Virus record (IMG/VR): IMGVR_UViG_3300027780_000050
Span: 1 to 29,182 of that record
Origin: a virus
Taxonomy: Duplodnaviria > Caudoviricetes
Length of the DNA stretch: 29,182 nt
Strand: one strand, 5' to 3'
Position numbers and translations under genes: made by a program. The notes under the pieces are model-generated. The model was not told the DNA's origin and made no database searches. It worked only from the letters and a program-made list of their open reading frames with translations. Shown piece by piece: positions 25,310-29,182 of this stretch. Every line of letters starts with the position of its first letter. Within the stretch, counting starts at the first letter, position 1.

Positions 25310-26669
25310 TTTAGTATCTAACGAAGAATATTGCCGAAAGGTATTACCTTTTATCAAAGCAGATTACTTTGCAGTTAAAGAAGAAAGAGTTGTCTTTGAA
25401 GAAATTACAAGCTTTGTTGATAAGTATCGAAAGATGCCAACAAAGATTTCTTTGGAAATTGAAGTAGAATCCAGACAAGATTTAACCGAAACTGAACATA
25501 ACAAAATTGTGGAAATTATCAAGACACTTGATTCCACAGATGTTGATATGGATTGGTTGGTAGATACTACTGAGAAATTCTGTAAAGACAAAGCAATCTA
25601 TAATGCTATTGTAGATGGCATATCAATTATTGATGGAAAGGATAAGAATCGTGGTGCAGATGCTATACCTAGTTTACTTACAGACGCACTTGCAGTATCT
25701 TTTGATAATGCTGTAGGACACGATTATTTTGACGATAGTGCCTCAAGATTTGATTTTTATCACAAGGTAGAAAAACGCATACCATTTGACCTAGAGTTTT
25801 TCAACAAAATTACCAAAGGTGGATTACCACAGAAAACATTGAATATCGCACTTGCTGGTACAGGTGTTGGTAAATCTTTGTTTATGTGTCACATGGCTGC
25901 AAACTGTTTATCACAAGGTAAGAATGTATTATACATTACTCTAGAAATGGCAGAAGAACGCATCGCAGAACGTATTGATGCGAATCTATTGAATGTTTCT
26001 ATGGAAGACTTGCATGATCTACCAAAGACTATGTTTGAAGACAAGATTAAAAAGATACAGAAAAAGACTAATGGTCAACTTATCATTAAAGAATATCCAA
26101 CTGCATCTGCTCACTCTGCACATTTTCGTGGATTGATTAAAGAGTTATCTATCAAGAAGTCATTTAAACCAGATATGATTTTTATTGATTACTTGAATAT
26201 ATGTGCATCATCTAGATTGAAGGGTGCATCACAGGTTAATTCTTATACATACATTAAATCAATTGCAGAAGAACTTAGAGGTCTTGCAGTTGAAACAAAT
26301 GTTCCAATCATGTCAGCAACACAAACAACAAGAAGTGGCTTCGGTTCAACAGACATTGGACTTGAAGATACATCTGAATCGTTTGGTTTACCAGCAACAG
26401 CAGATTTCATGTTTGCTCTCATCTCCAATGAAGAACTTGATGCCCTCAATCAAATTGTAGTCAAACAACTCAAAAACAGATACAATGACCCTACTATGAA
26501 TAAAAGATTCGTTTTAGGTATTGACAGAAGTAAAATGAGATTGTATGATGTAGATAATAAAGAACAAGAGGATTTGGTAGATAGTGGTCAAGATGATGAA
26601 CCAGTATTTGACAAAGGTAAATTTGGAGCTAAATTTAAAGATCACAAGTATGATGGGTTCAAAGTTTAA
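25272..26669 (+). CDS. gp41: Replicative DnaB-like helicase gp41
   Basis: LAGTGVGKS, YITLEMAEERIAERIDAN, IKEYPT, IDYLNI, SESFGLPATAD, KQLKNRY; TTG start. Confidence 0.97.
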   Translation: MTNQTIERTALSNLVSNEEYCRKVLPFIKADYFAVKEERVVFEEITSFVDKYRKMPTKISLEIEVESRQDLTETEHNKIVEIIKTLDSTDVDMDWLVDTTEKFCKDKAIYNAIVDGISIIDGKDKNRGADAIPSLLTDALAVSFDNAVGHDYFDDSASRFDFYHKVEKRIPFDLEFFNKITKGGLPQKTLNIALAGTGVGKSLFMCHMAANCLSQGKNVLYITLEMAEERIAERIDANLLNVSMEDLHDLPKTMFEDKIKKIQKKTNGQLIIKEYPTASAHSAHFRGLIKELSIKKSFKPDMIFIDYLNICASSRLKGASQVNSYTYIKSIAEELRGLAVETNVPIMSATQTTRSGFGSTDIGLEDTSESFGLPATADFMFALISNEELDALNQIVVKQLKNRYNDPTMNKRFVLGIDRSKMRLYDVDNKEQEDLVDSGQDDEPVFDKGKFGAKFKDHKYDGFKV

Positions 26670-26674
26670 CCTCT

Positions 26675-26693
26675 TATAAATAGTATATAAATA
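26675..26693 (+). promoter_or_regulatory. Tandem T4-type late promoters
   Basis: TATAAATA at 26675-26682 and again at 26686-26693. Confidence 0.8.
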
Positions 26694-26719
26694 TAGACTA
26701 TATGTAAATGGAGCCATTG

Positions 26720-28303
26720 ATGCAAAGATTTTTAAATCAATTAAAAAGTGGTACGCGTACGCGTACACATTATAATCCATTAGATAAAGTAACTCATTAT
26801 TATAATCTTATAGAAGCCAAAAAATATGATGGTTCTGATGAACATCAATTTGCAGTACAACTTGTTGCAGAAATTGATGATAATATTAGTGCTATAGATG
26901 GAGAAATTAGTAAAGACACCAGAAGTGGAAAAACAACTGGAAAGCGTCTTGGTATTCAAATTGTTATACCAGCTAATAAAAGAATAGCTTTTACAACAAT
27001 GGCTAAAGAAATTATAGATACTGACAAATCATTAGAATTAAAAAAAACTTCTGCAACAAGAGCAAAAAAAGATTTTGTTTTTAGACATAAAGATATGGAA
27101 AAAGATATCTATGTTCAAACAAGGCCAGATGGTAAACTGGGTGGTGGATCCAAAGCTGACCCCAACGAACTTATGACTGCAGCTTTATGCACACTAACAA
27201 AAGTACCAACAGTAAATACTATAGAAGAACTTGATGCTCTTATTGAGCAAGTAAAGAAAATTGTAAAGTCTGGTAAGATCATTGGTTTTACTGCACTTGA
27301 AGTTGAATCATTAGAAAAAGACTATGGTAATTTATGTCAAGCAATTTCTGCAGCAGAAATAATAATAAAAGAATATGGTGGTGGAGCAAATAAAGTTTTC
27401 CTTACTGGAAAGTCTTGGGATGATGCTGTAACAAAATTTCAAATTACAAAGTATGGAATGAGAGATTTTAATGCATCTGATTTCATTATACAAAAAGAAA
27501 ATAAATTTCTTGGTGTTTCTTTAAAGAAAAAAATATCAGCAACAACAGCAGACCCTACATTAATTAATAAAGGGTTTTCTACTATGATACAAGGTTCTGA
27601 ATTTGATGGAGTTCGTAAAGAGTTAGATGAAGCTGCTGGAGAGTTTTATGTTCGTTTGATTAGGACAGCTTGGAAATTTCAAAAAATAGATACTAAAAAT
27701 TTTACTAAACCTGCAAAAAGGGCCGTAGATAAAGATAGAAACCCATGGCTTGATGCATCAATGATAAAAGAATTAGGTAATAATGCTAAAGGTATTACCA
27801 CTAGTAACTGGAAAAACTTTGTACAAAAGATACCTAATGAATTAGTAAATCATCAACTTAAAAAAGACAGGAGTTGGTTTAAGCCTTTAGCTGATGTTGT
27901 TATTGAAAACTCTAATTTATTTGGTGAACAGTTAATACAACTTATTTTTAAGATGGATCTACAAGACTTAAAAAAATTAAACTTTGATTTTGCTTTAGTT
28001 ACTGGGATAGGAAGGTATCTTGTAAAAGGCCCAATAATAGAAACTGGAGAATTTAAAGGTATAGATACTATGGTTGGGGCCCTTGAAAAATTATATGCTT
28101 CTGGTAAAGTCAAAATGGTGCTTGACCCTAAAAGAACACAAGCATATGAAAAAGGTTCTACTGCAGCTCAATTATTTTTTCAATTGTTTATTGGTGCTAA
28201 ACCAATAAGTGATATTACATTAAGATACAAAGGTAATTTTAGAGCAGCACCAAACTTTTTAGCTACTCCAACAAAAGAGTTCAAAGAGTTATTAAAAAGA
28301 TGA
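26720..28303 (+). CDS. Large late-expressed hypothetical protein, possible PD-(D/E)XK nuclease fold
   Basis: Long ORF; ATG 26720 follows GGAG (alternative start 26708); DPNE...SDFII...GVSLKKK pattern. Confidence 0.6.
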   Translation: MQRFLNQLKSGTRTRTHYNPLDKVTHYYNLIEAKKYDGSDEHQFAVQLVAEIDDNISAIDGEISKDTRSGKTTGKRLGIQIVIPANKRIAFTTMAKEIIDTDKSLELKKTSATRAKKDFVFRHKDMEKDIYVQTRPDGKLGGGSKADPNELMTAALCTLTKVPTVNTIEELDALIEQVKKIVKSGKIIGFTALEVESLEKDYGNLCQAISAAEIIIKEYGGGANKVFLTGKSWDDAVTKFQITKYGMRDFNASDFIIQKENKFLGVSLKKKISATTADPTLINKGFSTMIQGSEFDGVRKELDEAAGEFYVRLIRTAWKFQKIDTKNFTKPAKRAVDKDRNPWLDASMIKELGNNAKGITTSNWKNFVQKIPNELVNHQLKKDRSWFKPLADVVIENSNLFGEQLIQLIFKMDLQDLKKLNFDFALVTGIGRYLVKGPIIETGEFKGIDTMVGALEKLYASGKVKMVLDPKRTQAYEKGSTAAQLFFQLFIGAKPISDITLRYKGNFRAAPNFLATPTKEFKELLKR

Positions 28304-29182
28304 TATCATTCGCACAAACATTAACAGAAGACAAGGGTGGTAAGAATTTACACCTAGAGCATCTAGAAGATGAAATCATTAACTATGGAGTTGATGGTGG
28401 TAGAGCTGCAATCAACTTCCTACGTTCATTAAGAGATATGCTTGCTGGTAATGCTCGGTCTTCAATCAACATGACTGTCAAGTGGGATGGTGCGCCTGCG
28501 ATATTCGCTGGTATTGACCCAGAAGATGGTAAGTTTTTTGTTGCAAAGAAATCAGTATTTAATGCAACTCCAAAACTCTATAAGACAAACGCAGAGATTG
28601 ATGAAGATGGACTATCTGGTTCATTGAATAGTAAGTTCAAGATAGCACTTGCAGAGTTTTCCAAGTTAGGTATCAAAGATGTACTTCAAGGCGACTTGAT
28701 GTTTACATCAGAAGATAAAGGTAATGAAAAAATTGATGGAAAGTCTTTCATTACATTTCAACCTAACACAATAGTATATGCTGTAGACCCCACATCAGAT
28801 ATTGGCAAACAGATTAACAAAGCAAAGATTGGTATTGTATGGCATACAACATACACAGGTAAAGCATTACAGGATATGAAAGCATCATTTGGTGCAGATA
28901 TTAAAGGATTATCTAAACCAACATCAGTATGGATGGACGATGCAACTTACAAAGATGTGTCGGGTAGTGCTACAATGAACTCAAAAGAAACAGAATCAGT
29001 AACAGCTGCACTTTCTGCAACTGGTTCTACTTTTAAAAAGATTAACTCAATGCAATTAAAGAAGTTTCTTAATCTACAGGAAAGTATGACAGGTGCAATC
29101 GCTGGTGCATCTCTCAAAACATACAATAACAGTAAGGTTCGTGCTGGAGAAAAGATTACTAATCCCAAAGCTCATGCAAAAG
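28300..29182 (+). CDS. Conserved T4-like protein with KWDG nucleotidyltransferase-like motif (DUF6267-like), truncated at window end
   Basis: Absent from the ORF track; manual translation gives MISFAQTLTEDKGGKNLHLEHLED...TVKWDGAPAIFAG...FFVAKKSVFN...LQGDLMF, open to the window end; ATGA overlap with the previous stop. Confidence 0.8.
   Translation, partial: MISFAQTLTEDKGGKNLHLEHLEDEIINYGVDGGRAAINFLRSLRDMLAGNARSSINMTVKWDGAPAIFAGIDPEDGKFFVAKKSVFNATPKLYKTNAEIDEDGLSGSLNSKFKIALAEFSKLGIKDVLQGDLMFTSEDKGNEKIDGKSFITFQPNTIVYAVDPTSDIGKQINKAKIGIVWHTTYTGKALQDMKASFGADIKGLSKPTSVWMDDATYKDVSGSATMNSKETESVTAALSATGSTFKKINSMQLKKFLNLQESMTGAIAGASLKTYNNSKVRAGEKITNPKAHAK

Noticed and set aside
481-29168. Numerous short minus-strand and alternate-frame ORFs (e.g. 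9142-9618, 18897-19247, 28947-29168)
   Set aside because: All shadow well-supported + strand genes and show the Ser/Leu/Phe-rich composition typical of antisense frames
1-29182. tRNAs, CRISPR arrays, introns/inteins, homing endonucleases, transposases
   Set aside because: None recognised by eye; core genes have normal lengths and the repeats found are not regularly spaced

Overview
AT-rich fragment of a T4-like (Tevenvirinae/Kyanoviridae-like) myophage genome, probably marine with a proteobacterial-type host (inference), with all real genes on the + strand. It runs from head genes (gp22 scaffold, gp23 major capsid, gp3) through recombination/replication genes (uvsY, uvsW, gp55, gp47/46, uvsX, gp45/44/62, regA, gp41), interspersed with accessory genes: four 2OG-Fe(II) oxygenases, a VWA-peptidase/MoxR(CobS) pair, a pesticin-type muramidase, Hsp20 and a RimK-like ligase. 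Main finding: where gp43 usually lies there is a three-gene operon with its own promoter, encoding an AsnB-like amide ligase, a C5-cytosine 'methyltransferase' whose motif X Asn is replaced by Arg, and a CmoA-like carboxy-SAM synthase. This predicts DNA carboxymethylation and amidation of cytosine (5cxmC to 5-carbamoylmethyl-C) rather than methylation. Other notable elements are a ROSE-like RNA thermometer before hsp20, a perfect antisense sigma70 promoter in the AT-rich gap before gp55, a duplicated 58-bp promoter module, 18-bp RBS repeats flanking an accessory gene, a leaderless gp3 mRNA and capsid-targeting-like N-termini. Family assignments come from motif recognition only; no searches were run.
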